The position numbers and the translations under genes are program-made. Shown one piece after another: positions 25,936-40,200 of a stretch of 64,000 nt of DNA; within the stretch, counting starts at the first letter, position 1, and every line of letters starts with the position of its first letter. Source of the DNA: Cycas panzhihuaensis (lineage: Eukaryota; Plantae; Cycadophyta); the NCBI GenBank assembly GCA_023213395.1, contig CM041465.1, positions 247,573,741 through 247,637,740 of the forward strand. Reading direction: 5' to 3'. The notes beneath the pieces were generated by a model. That model had not been told where the DNA came from. It saw only the letters and a list, made by a program, of their open reading frames with translations, and made no database searches.

Positions 25936-28900
25936 TTGTACGAAATGATAATTGTTCACTTTGGACGCCCACTTGAAATCATATCGAATCAGGTTAGTAG
26001 CTTTTTAAATCATACAATTCAGCATCTCACTGCAGAATTCTTGATCCAACATAGGAAATCCTCACCATACTACCCTAGGGCCAATGGCCAAGTGGAAAGT
26101 ACAAATAAAATCTTAAAATTGGCCCTGATAAAAATTTGTAGTGAAGGTAGGACAGATTGGGAAAAACGACTGCATTCGGTTTTGTGGGCAGATAGAATAA
26201 CAGTAAAACAACCCATTAAACTAACACCATTCTAATTAGTGTATGGCTTAGAGCCAGTCATTCCTTTGGAATTCTAAGCATAGACCCTGCGAACAACAAT
26301 CCAGTTGTAGATGGAGGAGAGGGGTTCAAGAGAACATCGGCTCATAGAACTTATGAAGTTGGACAAGCCACAAGCTAGAGCATTCTGGGAAACCAGGATG
26401 GAAAAAAAATCATCGTAAAGCTTGGCCGATAGACATCTGATAATGCCCCAGTTCCAGGTTAGTGATTAAGTGCTACTCTATGATAGTATATTCTAAGTTA
26501 AATCAAGAAAAATAAAGTTTAGATGGTTAGGTCCATACAAGGTGGACCAAATTGCACAAAACAGAGCTGTTTGACTCAGATAGCTCAATGGTGTCCCTGT
26601 GGAAAAATCAATAAATGATAGTTGACTCAAGCCATAAAGGGAAATAAGTAAATAAATAAATAAGTAATGCAAACCAAATGGGCAGATTGCTGTCTCATGG
26701 TAATGATGTGGGCATCATGGCCACAATACAGCAAAAGAAACAGAGACGGTTCAATGGAATCTTTCTAACAAACAATCGGGAAACAAACGGTCAGAATGTT
26801 GTGATAAGGCATTTTAAAAAGACATAATGATTGTGATTAGTAAGGCGAGGTGCGGAAGAAATATCATAATCATGAGCTGGTAAACACGACTGGTGATGTG
26901 ATTGCCTATTAAATGTCGTTGATAATAATGACAAGTGCTGTGTCACATCACAACCTGTCACAGACATAATTTATAAACCTCTGGTTTGATTGGTAAAACC
27001 ATTCCTTTTCAATTCGAAGCATTTAGCAATTGTCACTTGTTGCAAAGCTTTGTAATTTTTCTTTTCTATCTTTGTAGCAGTAAGCAGGCCAACAATTGTC
27101 ATGGTTGAAGGAGATGACTTCTGCAAATCAATATTAATTTTTGAGAAATTGATTATACTGGAATTCGAACAAAATGGATGGCTATGCAGACAAATGATTC
27201 TCGGAAGAAAACCTTGATGAATGCAGGTTTTTCGAAATATGTTATGGTAGGTGTTCTCCCTATTGCATTCAATTTTTTAACAATGGTAACTTCATTGGTA
27301 GCCACACAACCCTCCATCTTGGACTATTCTGCAAAGGCAATTACACAGCTCACAGGTTTGCCCAACAGAGGACAAGAGATTCCTAAAGATAAAAGGATAC
27401 AAAGGCAGGAAGCGATAGAGGAGATTGGAGTAGGTGAGTTGACATCTCCAGCTTTGGTATTAGCATTTCTAGCATTTGCTCTAAAGAACTTAGATGGATC
27501 ACCCATTTCCTTTTTACAAGAGTTATCATAATTCAAAAAAGCTTGTTTGTATATACTAATCTCCGCTCGACATTGCTGTGTGTAGTGGAGGGGATTCGAT
27601 TCAATTGGGTAGAATTTATTTCAAAGAGACTCGAGAAGAATTTGAAGAGTGTTAAAAATGTAGGGTAGTCTGTCATGTTCTTTCATCCAACATTAGTATA
27701 GGGTCTTTCATTTTTACAATGTCCAGATGTACAATTAGCCACCTTAGATAATGATCAAACTCCCCTAGCTAAGTGGTCTGAGACATTCGACAAAGATAAC
27801 TCTCAAGATTCATTATTACTTCAAGCATATGAGCAGGTGAAAAATTGGTCACTATCCCAATGGTGGAAAGCAAATCAAGTACCATCTCCTAGGATAGTGA
27901 TTATAGAAGAAGGAGAAGAACTGGCAGAAGAGGCATCCTTGCAAGTCAGAGAAGAACAACAGAAAGAAAAAGGCAAAAGGATGAAAGAAAAATAAAAGAA
28001 GGAACATATTAGCGCAGGAAAACGGAAGATGGAACTTGACTTGTTAGCAGTTGCAGAAGGAAAACAATCACAATTTGTATTAGTGTAGATGGAGCCTATG
28101 GAGTCAAAGCATGACCGACGACAGCACAGGAAATTAGTTGTAGAAGAGTGGAGGCATTGAATTCTTGAATATATCAATCAACAACCCACGGAAATTGAGG
28201 TCTGCATCGATGAGGAAATATTGGAAGAAGAGTTGGACCCAATGGAATGTAATCCTAAAGATGATTCATAGTGGAAAACATCCTTTTTGGGGCGGGTGGC
28301 TAGACAATTAGTAGTAGAATTGGAGCAGTGTTCACAGAGGCTATTGCCATACATGCAGAGGATTGCTCAACTGGAAGAGAAATTACAAGCTACATAAAGT
28401 AAATTGGGATTTTTAAAGAAATTCATTATGGATTGGGTAGATGATGTAAACGAAGTAACCCCTGAACTAAAAAAATTTAAAGAACAATTTATTGAACAAA
28501 TCTCTACATGTTTATAGGATGTAATCTATAAATTAGGATCCTGGATATTGAAGAGTGACAAAGAAACCGAACAATGTAGCAAGGTTTGGAGTCTGATTCA
28601 TGCTTATAAATTTGAATTGCAGACCCTTCAAAATATAAATTAGGAATTATATGCGGAGATAACCGAACTTCAGTCTGGAGATTCACCTAAATATGAGGCA
28701 GCTCGATGCACTCCATTATGTTGTGCTTTTATGTGACTATATCAAGTCTAAAGGGTTGTCACTTCCTCCCATGATTGCACGACTAGGTCCTTTGTATATT
28801 AAAAGAGAAGTGGTCAAACTGAAAAAAGCTAGGAAGAAAGTACGCAAAAATATCAGGCAGGGCTCTTGTCGGTCTTGATTCAAAATTTGGAGAGGCAGGG

Positions 28901-29763
28901 ATTGAGGAAGAGAAAAATTTTGAAAATTTGTTTGAGTGAGCACACTCGTTGGTTTTGTGATGGGGGAGATGTGTGCGCGATAAAAGAATTGAAGGAAACT
29001 TATAGGAAAATGCGGTATAATTTCAGTTTTGGTTGTAATCAAACTATGACTGAGTACAACTTAATGCGATAGAGCGCGACCAGGTGCAATCAAGTACAAT
29101 TAGAAATGGAAAAAGTGCAATTAGAAGTACGACTAGGTACGGCCAAGTGTGACTAGGTACAACTTAAAGTGTGACCAAGTATGACTAAGTGCGATCAAGA
29201 ACAACTAAGTGCGACCAGGTACAACTTGAAATGCGACCAGGTGCGACTTGGAAGTATAACCAGATCGCAAAGGATATGACCAGACTATACAACCAAATTG
29301 TAAAGATTGCGACGAGATCACAAAGACTATGATCAAATCACAAAGATTGTGCGACCAAATCGCAAAGTTGCAATTGAAACTGTGATTAAAATTCTAATTA
29401 AAAGATTTATTTCTATGTGAACAGAATGTAATAATTAAAGTCAGTTGAAACAACTAAGGTCATTAATGTAACAAACAGTATTATGTTTGTATAAGTTTGA
29501 TTGATGTCATAGGGAAAAGGTAAGAATAGTAGTTTAGGTTTGTTTCCTTGTAATTTTCAGTACATGGCTTGAGTTGCATTTATATAGATTCGGTTGTACT
29601 GTCCAACTTGCATCTAGTTGTGAGAGGACTAGACACAGGGCCCTTTATTGTTGCTAATAATGAATTGGTTTTCATTCCTATCGACTTAAGTTGTGCTTGC
29701 ATATCGGAGTTTTGTTTCTAAATTGATGATAGATACGCAAAAGCACACATCTTTATAGGGACA
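25936..29763 (+). mobile_element. 3' half of an Athila-like Gypsy element: integrase C-terminus, extra ORF, PPT, 3' LTR 28970-29763
   Basis: Integrase (YYPRANGQVESTNK, RWLGPY); decayed extra ORF ~27100-28550; PPT GGGGGAGA then TGTGTGC; LTR homologous to 6266-7157. Confidence 0.85.
29040..29380 (+). repeat. Degenerate tandem subrepeats (TGCGACCAGGT / GATCACAAAGA-like) inside the LTR
   Basis: Repeated 10-20-bp units; reverse-strand counterpart at ~6640-7100. Confidence 0.75.
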
Positions 29764-31822
29764 GGACATTGAGGTGACAACAACAACAACAAAGAAGTTA
29801 CCCAAATGACATCTTCAAACTATAGCAAGTGCACAAATTGTTGAAGGCAAACATCCATCTAAATTGCAACAACACAATGTAAACTATGCACTTATGGATG
29901 AAGTGCTTAGTACTCAAGAGCCTTTCAGTTTTGAAGAGGCATGTAATGATGAAAAGTGGAAAGACGCAATGAATGATGAAATCCATTCTATTGAAAAGAA
30001 TGGAATATGGGACTTGGTTGACTTGCCTAAAGGCAAACAGGCAATTAGTTGCAAGTGGATTTATAAAACAAAGTTTTGATCTGATTGTTCGATTAAGCGA
30101 GATAAAGCTTGATTGGTTGCAAAAAAATTTAAACAAAAGAAAGGCATTGATTATGAATATACTTTTACATGTGTTACCAACATGAACCCTATTAGAATTG
30201 TCATGGCATTAGTCGCTCAATGCAAATGGCCTATTTATTAAATGAATGTTAAGAGTATGTTTTTAAACGACGACTTGATTGAGGAGCCACCTCTTGGATA
30301 CATTGTACGCGATAAGGAGTATTTAGTTTGTCGCCCCAAAAAGACCTTGTATGGTCTAAAATAAATGCCATGTGCTTGGTACTCCAAAATTGATGACTAT
30401 GTTTAAGAGATGATTTTCATTGATCTTCATCAGACCCAAACTTATACATCAAAGTCCAGTGCCATTATGTCACTCTTGTATTATATGTCAATGATTTGAT
30501 TATTATTGGTAGTGATACAGATATGATTGAGAGTCTTCAAGGGGATCTCAAAAGCAATTTCAGGATGGTAGATCTTGGGATTCTTCACTATTTTCTTAGC
30601 ATGGAGATGTGGCAACAACTAGGCAACATCATTATATCTGTAAACCAACGGCCATCCATATGGAGACTAGCACTAAATTATCATATGATGAGGAAGTCAA
30701 ATTAGTAGATTCCATCCTTTTTAAACAACTAGTGGCTAGTTTCATCTATTTGACTAACACTGCATTGGACATTTCATATGCTATTGGAATCTACTCTAGG
30801 TTCATGTTTCAACCTAATCAAAGACATTGGATTGGTGCAAAGTGTATACTTAGATATCTTCAAGGTACATTGCAATATGGGTTACATTACACTCATAATG
30901 AAAACTTCACTTTGGAGGGGTTCTCAAATTCTAATTGGGTAGGTTGCCAAGATAGTCAGGAATCAACCTCGGGTTATTGCTTTAACCTTGGATCAGTTGT
31001 CGTTTCATGGAGATGCAAGAAGCAACCAAATGTCACACTTTCCTCCACAGAAGCATAATACAAAGTTATTGTTAAAGCAACATGCAAAGTTATCTGGCTT
31101 ACGCAAATTCTTGGGGAGCCTGGACTTGAGTAGGCACATCCCACCATATTGTATTGTGACAATCAAAGTGTGCTCAAAATTACCAAGAATCTAGTGTTTT
31201 ATGCGAGGACCAAGTATATTGAGGTGCATCACCACTTCATCGGGGAACATGTTCAGAATAGTGAGATCGACCTCATGTATATGCCCATAAAGGAACAACT
31301 AGTAGACATCTTTAGCAAAGCACTTTGTAGAGAGAAGTTCAGGCATTTCAAAGAAGGCCTCGGTGTTCGACTTAACGATGTAAACATTGAGGGGGGGTGT
31401 TAGAACCTTTATGCTTTATCGTTAAGCTATGTTTTATTTATGCACTTCATACTTAATGTGTAAATGTGCACTTTTTTCTAGTGGTGTAACTTTAAGTTGT
31501 AACTTAAAGGTCAAAGACCCCTTTTCCCCTCTTTGAGCAGTGAAATGTAAGTATGTACTAGTCCATGCATGTTTGACATTTGTCAAACATGCAAAGACCC
31601 TAAGGGGAGCTCTCTCATCTATATAAAGAGACCATTCTCTTTAGTATTGCATGTAGAGAAGAGTGTATTGTTATGTTGCCAGGTTAATTTAAGAACTATT
31701 GGAATGTAGAAAAATGCTACCTCGTCCATTGGCATAATGCTTAATGTGGTTGCGAATCTTAGTTGTGTGTTGCTCTTCTTATGCTTTCCTTCTTCTATCC
31801 TCACTAGATCTATTTTTTTACA
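29764..31822 (+). mobile_element. 3' part of a Copia element (RT, RNase H, PPT, 3' LTR 31398-~31822)
   Basis: RT/RNase H fragments 29864-31403; PPT GAGGGGGGG then TGTTAGAACCTTTATG, the same LTR start as at 13795. Confidence 0.88.
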
Positions 31823-32219
31823 TTTATAATAGATGTAAAGGACACTTTTTCATAGGTTGAGTGAAGCTTAAATGAATCCATGTCTAAAGTCAGTAATCCA
31901 TCGGATGAGTGCCAAGTATCCTATGTGCAGTTGGAAACATCAAAGGGTACATCACTCTCAATTCAAGTTAAGTTACAATATGTTACAATGTGTTGTTACA
32001 CTTTCTAGCACAACGTGAAAGCATGCAACATGAGTGAATAAACATTAAGTCTAACACCTTTGTGGTTAAATTTTTTGAGGTTATGTTGAGGGTGGAATTC
32101 TCTCTTGTGACACTGATCAAATGTGGCAACTATGGAAAATGTGGACATGTCATCTCTTAGTGTTGGTTGTCTGTAAATGATCCACCTAAATAACCTCAAC
32201 CAAAAGTGAACCACATATT

Positions 32220-33620
32220 TTTGTTCATAAACTTACAAAGGTGGTCATTCTAAAGAAGATGAATAAGAAGGTCTATGAAGACAATTGCATGAACACTGAG
32301 CTCTTTTTAATAAGAGGGTATCTAAAGGGGGTTCGAGCAATAATTTTGGTTGATAGTGGTTGTTCCTATAATTTCATTCTTATGAACTTCTATAAGAAGC
32401 TTAATCTAGCCACTATGCTAATAAATTATGATTATTAGGTAGAATTTGTAGATGGCCAAGGGAACTACGTTTGAGGTCGATACATTCCACAAGTACCAAT
32501 CAACAACCAAACGTACAATGACAAAATAGATTTTGGTACATTAGAGATTGATAGATATGGTGTTATTTTGAGCCAAGAATGGCTTTATCATTTGGATGTC
32601 TATATTTTAACAAGGAATCACATACTTGACTTTATTCATCAAGGAACAAGGAGATGGAGTTCTTGTAAGTATTCCAATGGCATCTGCAATGTAGCTTAAG
32701 AGATTGGCTCAAAAGCCTTCATCAACATGTTATGCCCCATATTTGACGAAGAGAGAAAAATGTCCAAATAATGAAGGGGAGTAGGTCATCATATCTTGTT
32801 GGGAGTGGTAACACAACCCACAAATAGAGTACATTATTAATTAATCCATGAAAAATGGAAAAGTGGAAAGTCAAAGAAAGAAGCTATTGGACAAAGATTA
32901 GACCTTCAAAATTTCCTTTTGGAGCACTAGTTTTGCTTTCCAGAAAGAAAGATGGAATGATGCAAATGTGCAATGACTATAGGGATTTAAATATGATTAC
33001 TATTAAGAAGTACCACTTTTCTAGAATAGATGATTTATTAGATATGTTGAAAGACAGTGTTGTGTTTTCAAAGATATGCTTAAGAATTGGATATTATCAA
33101 ATAAGAATCCACAATATAGACATTGAAAAGATAGTTTTTACTACAAGAGATGGACATTATGAATACTTGGTTTGACAAATGTTTTTGTTTCTTTTATGCC
33201 ATTTATGAATAATATATTTTGTAAATATTTACGCAAATTTGTTATTATTTTTTTTTATGATATTTTGATTTTTAGTAAGAATAAAAATGAACATATTGAA
33301 CACTTGAAGGCCACCCTAAATATATTAAGGAAAGAAAAACTATATGCAAATCTTTGGAAATGTGAACTTTTCAAAGAAGAAATTGAATACAGGAAAAGTT
33401 TCCAAAATTTTTCAAAAATAGCAAATTCTTTAATAGAAGTATTGAAGAAAGGAAAAAGGTTTGTCTAGACATAGGAATGCTAGTTAAGTTTTTAAACCTT
33501 GAAGGACAAATTCACTACAGCTCTAATATTACTCTTTAGAGTACATACAGATGCAAATGGCTTTGCCGTAGGAGTCCTAATGAAGGAAAAGTCATTGTAT
33601 ATGAAAATTGCAAGATGATT
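32220..33620 (+). pseudogene. Decayed chromovirus-type Ty3/Gypsy pol fragment (protease, RT, RNase H)
   Basis: ILVDSGCSYNFI protease; [43 protein letters not shown] motifs. Confidence 0.8.
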
Positions 33621-34612
33621 ATGTGTGTGCACTTGAGCAGATGGTCAAAGTTGTAATTGCAGTTTCTTATTCTAATCTGAGGCTTGCATTCTTTGACTGT
33701 AATCTCTATATTTGTAAGGGAATTCTAACTGAATCAGTTTTTATTAGAACTGAACTAGCATGAACTTGTTGAACTGTACCTTGACTGGCTGGTTGAATCA
33801 TTCACTTGGTGAACAGTCTCTGGTGCCAATGACAAAGTTACATGACACTTTGATCCCCTGTTCTGGAATCTAATTTTCATTGTGGAAAATGGTAAGGTTT
33901 CTTGAACACGTTGTGCATATCTCAGTTCGCTAGTTGTGGCTGGAATATTTCTTGTCGTTTTTGTTCTGAACTCTGGGCTTTCCAGCACAACGGAAAACAT
34001 TTGTTTTGGTCAACTCTTTCCAGGTCTGCATAATGTAATTCTGTTGGTACATCTTGCTTGTTCTGCTCTGTGCAATGAGCTTCAAAAAACTGTTAGAATG
34101 TATGTGCATTGTACATGAAAGCTGAGAAAGTATAGGACTGCACATGAGCCCTGGAACTTTGAATGCATTCTGTGATTAATTACTTCCAATCTTGATTCAG
34201 AATGCCCTAACTGGTCCTACCCCAGGATCCCTGAAACATTTGAGTCTATGCTTCCTTATCTGCATCTTTTTTTCCTCCTTTGCTGTCTCATGTAACACAT
34301 CGCATTAACTTGTTGGCTTTGAACAATTAACTTTGCTTTCATTATTAAGTTACCTACGCTTCTATTATATATGCTTGTTACTGCTGTCTTCTGTTGCAAA
34401 TGTATGTGCTGAAGGCATCTGTATATTTAGATTAAAAAACTTATAAGATTAGGAATAATTTGTAGCATCTGGAGGAGTAAAATAATGCAATGCCAACATA
34501 GTAAAGAGAACTTGAATGAAAATATTTCTGAAACTTATTATGTAGAACTTAAGGGCTAATATCAGAAAATTGTGCTAACAGCTTTGAATGGTGATATTTG
34601 TCTGCTTCGCAG

Positions 34613-34705
34613 TATCGGGACACTGTGCGTCAGTTTATCAAGGGCACAGATGGGCTTGCTGGGGATTTTGCTAAGTGCCTTTGTGGGAGCCCGCACTTGT
34701 ATCAG
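34613..34705 (+). CDS. ISA1: Isoamylase 1 internal exon
   Basis: CAG/GT-bounded 93-bp exon YRDTVRQFIKGTDGLAGDFAKCLCGSPHLYQ, continuing directly from ...EWNGQ in phase 0. Confidence 0.93.
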
Positions 34706-37282
34706 GTAGTGTTGTCAAATACTGTTATGTTTTACTCTTCATTTGATGAGACAGATTTTGACCATTCCTACGCCCCCCTGCATGCAGGTGCACATCTCCC
34801 TTCTTTCTCCCGCTCCTTTTAATATGTAAGGCATTGTTAGCAAGTGCTTGTTTTGAGTTGCATTCTTGCATGGGGACCATGTACTGTTATCTAAAAGACC
34901 ATGACTATATAAATGTTATAGAAGTGGAGAAATTCTATGAAATCTTGATTGCCACCCTCCATTATCTTCATGCTGGTCTAAAACTGAATGTAACTTCATT
35001 CTTTTGTATTCTCTAAGAAACTAAACAGGTCTAAAGGATCAGGAAACTGATTGCATCAGATTGTTGCTGTCTAGTCCTTATTGCAGGAAACGAAAAGCAA
35101 AGAGAATTAGGAGCAAAGAAACATCATTCTATCCTATAAAAGTCAAATATAAAGCACTAACTCTGAAATCTAAGCTGGATACTTTATTGTAAAACAAATG
35201 GAAAGCTTTGGAAAACCACCATACCCTTCACCATCTTCATGTTGGTCTAAAGGTGAATGTGGATTTATACTTTTGTATTCTCTAAATTCTGCTCTAAAGC
35301 TGTTCTGATTACAGATGTTGTACTTCTTCCTTATTTTCCGGTTTCAAGGTGATGATTTCTAATGCATACTTTAGGACAAGTGTAGTGTTTTATGGTGTGT
35401 TTGTCCATCTAAGCTGTTCGGTTGAACCTCTGTTTTTGCCTTTTGAGTGATTCTTTCTAGCAAATAACAACCTCTTGTTGGAAACAATATGAATAGAAAA
35501 AGTCTTTTTCATTAATGATAGGTGAGAGTCTCTCACACATATAAATACATGAGGTTTACAAGAGAGATTCAATATATGTAGGCCAAGCGTTGGTTCAAGA
35601 ACAAAGAGGGGTCATGACACATGACCTTTAATTTTACTTAAGAGACCCTAGTATATTTTATGAATAAAATATATGAGAAAGCATTAATATTTCAACACCC
35701 TCCCTTAATGTTTTATCCTTTGGTTTTTATTCTTAGTTGATTCCCACGGTACTGGAATTTGTCCTTTGGTAAAGGCTTTGTAAAAAAATTTGCAAGTTGT
35801 TGTTTGCTATTGTAGTATTGTCGATCTATCTCCTTAGCTTGAACTTTCTGTCTGAGGAAATGGTGATGTACTTCTATGTGCTTTGTTCTTGCATGAAAGA
35901 CAGGATTTTTTGTGAACTTGATAACACTCTGGTTATCACAAAAAATTGAGGTTGCTTTAGAGCACCCTAGATTTATCTTTGAGTAGTTGCATTAAAAAAA
36001 TTGCTTCACAGGTTGCACTTATTACAGCCTTGTATTTTGCTTCTATTGATGAGAGGGCCATGGTTGGCTACTTTTCACTGCTCCAAGATGTAATAGTTGA
36101 TCCCAGGTTGAAGTGGTATTCTAATGTAGATTTCCTTTCTTGACATTCTTCTACCTAATCTAAATTACTATACTCTATCAGTTCTAGTTTAGCAACTTTG
36201 GTATAGTTCAATCATAAATCCAATGTGCCTTTGACATATATTAGGATTCTTTTGCCTACTTTCCAATGAGAGACCTTGGGAGCATGCATGTGTCTAGAAA
36301 CTCTTTCTATAGAGTATGATATATTTGGTCTAGTAGCCATTAAGTAAATAAGACTTCCAACCAACTGTTGGTAAAGCATTTAACTTACCTCTTGATTGCC
36401 TTTATTTGATGTCAAGACACATCTTGTTTCCATAAGCATGGCACAAGGGTTACAATCTTCTATATTTAATCTTTTGTGAAGATTCTTGGCATATTTTGAT
36501 TATGAGATGAAGATAGATTTTGTTTCTTGATTCACTTCAATGTCAAGATAGTAGTGAAGTGGGCCCATGTCTGTCATCTTAAAATTGCTTTCCATCTACA
36601 TCCTCACACATTTGATTGTTTCATGATCATTGCCTGTAACAATCATATCATCTACATATACAACAATTATAGTGATTAAGCCATCTCCTTGATTTTTTAT
36701 ATATATACTTGGATCAGATTCATATATGTTGAATCACTTTTTTTTGAGATACTCTAATTTTGTATACTATGCCCATGACATTTGCTTTAGGCCATATAAT
36801 GCCTTTTTCAATTTACAAATTGGATGCTCTTCTCCACTGCTTGTATATCTTGGTGGTTGCTCCCTATATACTTCTTCGTCTAAACCGCTATTTAGAAATG
36901 CACTTTTTACATTGAGTTGCACAATTTTCCACCCATATTGAGTTGCCATAGCTATAATAGTACAAATTGTTATCATTTTTGCTACTAGCGCAAATGTTTC
37001 ATCATAGTCAATGCCTATAATCTGAGTGTAACCTTTTGCCACTAGCTTGGCTTTAAATTTCTTGATGTTGCCATTAGATCTTTCCTTTATCTTGTAAACC
37101 CATTTGCACCCCACAATTGGTTTACCTTTTCTAGGAGGAACAAGTTTCCAAGTATTATTTTGTTTTATGACAAACATTTCTTTATCCATATCTTCCTACC
37201 ATTCTAGATTTTCACATGCTTCTTCACAATTTTGAGGTTCAATTAAGCAGACCAAGGCTTGGTGCCTTTGAAATCTTGTTCT

Positions 37283-40200
37283 TGTTGGAACTTGCATGTT
37301 CTAACATAATATTAATCAGAATAAAATGAACATGACAAAACACCATCAAAAAATATCTAGATCATAAATGGTATCAAATGATACCTTCATTGTATTGACA
37401 GAACAAAATGATCTCACATGATGTGATCCTGTTCAAATACAAACATGATGATGTCTTTATATACTACAAACTTATATTTGTGAGGGATCCACCACTTTGT
37501 GGTTGACTTGGTCAAATGTGCATTACCTAGTGATTTGTGCATAATACATCATTATTCCGCATTTCAACACTCCCCCTTAATGCACATTTGGGAAACTAGA
37601 TGTTGCTTTTGAATTTGCAATGCGCGATCTTCAGAAATTTCTTGAAAAAGATATATGGAGCTTGGTCTTCAATTTGATCCGCAAATTGTCTTCCTTGTGT
37701 CCACCTTGGAATGTAGTAACGACGATTGAGCTTGATATGTTTCATTCTTTTTTTGCAAAATTGGATTCTTCATTACTTGTATAGTGTTTTGAATATTGCA
37801 ACAAGTCATGGTAGATTTTTTCCGACTTTGATGTAGCTCTTGCAATACCTCTCTTAGGACATCTGTTTCATGAACTTTTGTTTCAATCTTTTTGAATTCA
37901 ACTTCGATTGGATTAGGCCCATTAGTAATTTGTATGCTTTCATCATTTTGCAATTCCCCCCCATCATTCGAACAATTCAAACTTGAATCAAGACTCAAAA
38001 CTGGAATGCCATTTGAACTTGAATTAATAGATAGAAATAAATTATCAGACTTATTTTTAATAATTCCATCAGATTCATATTCAATCTCCTTTGAAATGCC
38101 ACGACCATTTGTAGAAATGAGTAATAGATCTTCCACATCTTGAATTGTTTCTTCAACAATTTAATCTTGAATTTCTTGACCACAATCATCAGTATTTGCT
38201 TCAATAGTTTTATCATACTCAATATGCTCAGTAATAGGTTCATCATACTTAACATTCTCAATAGTACTAGTAGTCTCACCAATTATTTCATCAATAATAT
38301 ATTCAGCAGTGGCATATTTAGAAATAGTTTTTCCACATCCAGAAGTAGCTTCATCAATGCTCATACTTTCTTTATCAAGTTCTTGACATACCTTTTTATC
38401 TGAATCGACTTTAATAGTACTTTCTTCATCAATTTTATCAGTTTTAGAATCTTGATCACGTGTATTCCGATCATCCTGAATATCTGTATGAATATTTGCA
38501 TGTATATTCTTATAATGTGCTAGAAAATATTTGTATCTTTTGACATTTCTAAAATATGCTTGAAAATACTTTTTCTTCAACTTTGAATCAAACTTCCCTT
38601 TCAAAATATTCCATGTTTTGTGTGATCTACACATGGTTTCTTTAGCAATATCACACACATAGTAGTATATATCAGTTTTCATAGTGCAATGAATCCAACA
38701 AAGTGCATTAGCATCTTTCTTTTGAAGTTTTGGTGTTGGATTTGTATATCCTTTAGAAACAACATCTCACCACTTAAAAGAAATAAAAACAGATCTCAAT
38801 TTCCTTGACCATTGTAAGTAATTCTCCTCAGTTAATGCAACCAAACCCATCTTTGCTAATGAAGATTAACTATAGCAGGTGCAAAGATCAATCATGAACA
38901 AATCATATCATACTCAGTGTTTCATCCTTCATCTTCTTTCCTTTTAAGACTTCCTTTTACTTCCTTGTCCTTGAAAAGGATTCATACTACTTACATGACT
39001 GCTTTTGAGTAAAAAATTGCTTTTGCAACATACTTCTAGGGTTTAAACATGACTTCCCCTAGGTTCGACAAATCGACAGGAAGAAAGAGAACTTGCTTGC
39101 AAAAGATGAATCTTCACAATTTTCTCATAGGACTCAAAATAATGCTTCAACTTTGAACTAAAATATCTCTATTAAGATGGCATCAAATTACCTTAATTTA
39201 TAGTTCACGATAAAGTGCTCTAAATTATGATTCCAACGATTTAGATGGATCAAAAAATGGACTCCTAGAACTCAAGATGATCAAGGAAGTGCACATGCAC
39301 CTTTTTGAAAAATTGAAAGTAGGCAAATTAGGGTTAGCACCCTTCACTACTTAATCGTTGGTCATATGGGCATAACATATGACTTGGTGCTAACGAAGAG
39401 GGGGCTAGCAGACTTCAGATGCTTATCCAATATAGTTTAATGTTTCAAAACTTCACAGAAAAAAATATACTATGTCAAAATTTTACTAGTCACTCTGCAT
39501 GATTTTGAGGTGACAGATTAGATCGACAACCTGGCGCAAAATAGATTATAGATCAAAAATGGATCGATCTTCCATCAAGGAGGCAAGCTGAATGGATTGA
39601 AAGTGTGGAGGGTAAACATGTAGCAAGAAATATTTACATAGGCCGAAATGCAATGAATAGTGATTATGATCGCAGACGAACCATCTTTGACAGTAAGTTA
39701 CACACCATGCACAATCTCCTTTTCATGGATCCTCATGGTAGTATATTAGGGACAATGCTCGGGCGCAACATTTTCATGTGGTCGTAGGGCATTCCACACT
39801 GACAACAGGGTGTAATCTCTGTGGACATATCAATCAAATATTCACGTGGATTAATTTAACATGGTGTAGGTGAGGTTACCCTTATGCAGTAATGATGATA
39901 AAATCTCTTCAGATGATTTTTGGACTTCAAATAGATGAATAGAGATCAATCTTGTTAATAGAGTATCTTCGCTCCAACACAGTCAGACATGCCACGATTA
40001 TAATAGTGTTAACTTCGTATGGTAAATATGGCAAGTAACCCACTTGCAGGGCGCATGGACATATCACTCATAATAGCACAACCTCATGTGTTGACACTAC
40101 TAGCTCAAGCGAACAAAACAGGGTAGATTTCCACGTTTTCCCTTTTTTTGGACATTCAAACAAGTTCACGATTGACTTCGAGGCTACTCCTTCAAATCAA

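Larger units (their letters stand above)
10121..34612 (+). other. ISA1: 24,492-bp GT-AG intron of ISA1, filled with retrotransposons
   Basis: Flanking exons encode contiguous protein (SEWNGQ|YRDTVR); GT at 10121, AG at 34611-34612. Confidence 0.88.

Noticed and set aside
29040-29380. CRISPR-like repeat array
   Set aside because: Degenerate contiguous units with no unique spacers, inside a plant LTR
34598-34822. 74-aa ORF as a standalone gene
   Set aside because: It is the ISA1 exon 34613-34705 read through into intron
34960-35285. ~55-bp dispersed direct repeat downstream of the exon
   Set aside because: Short, degenerate local duplication with no further structure
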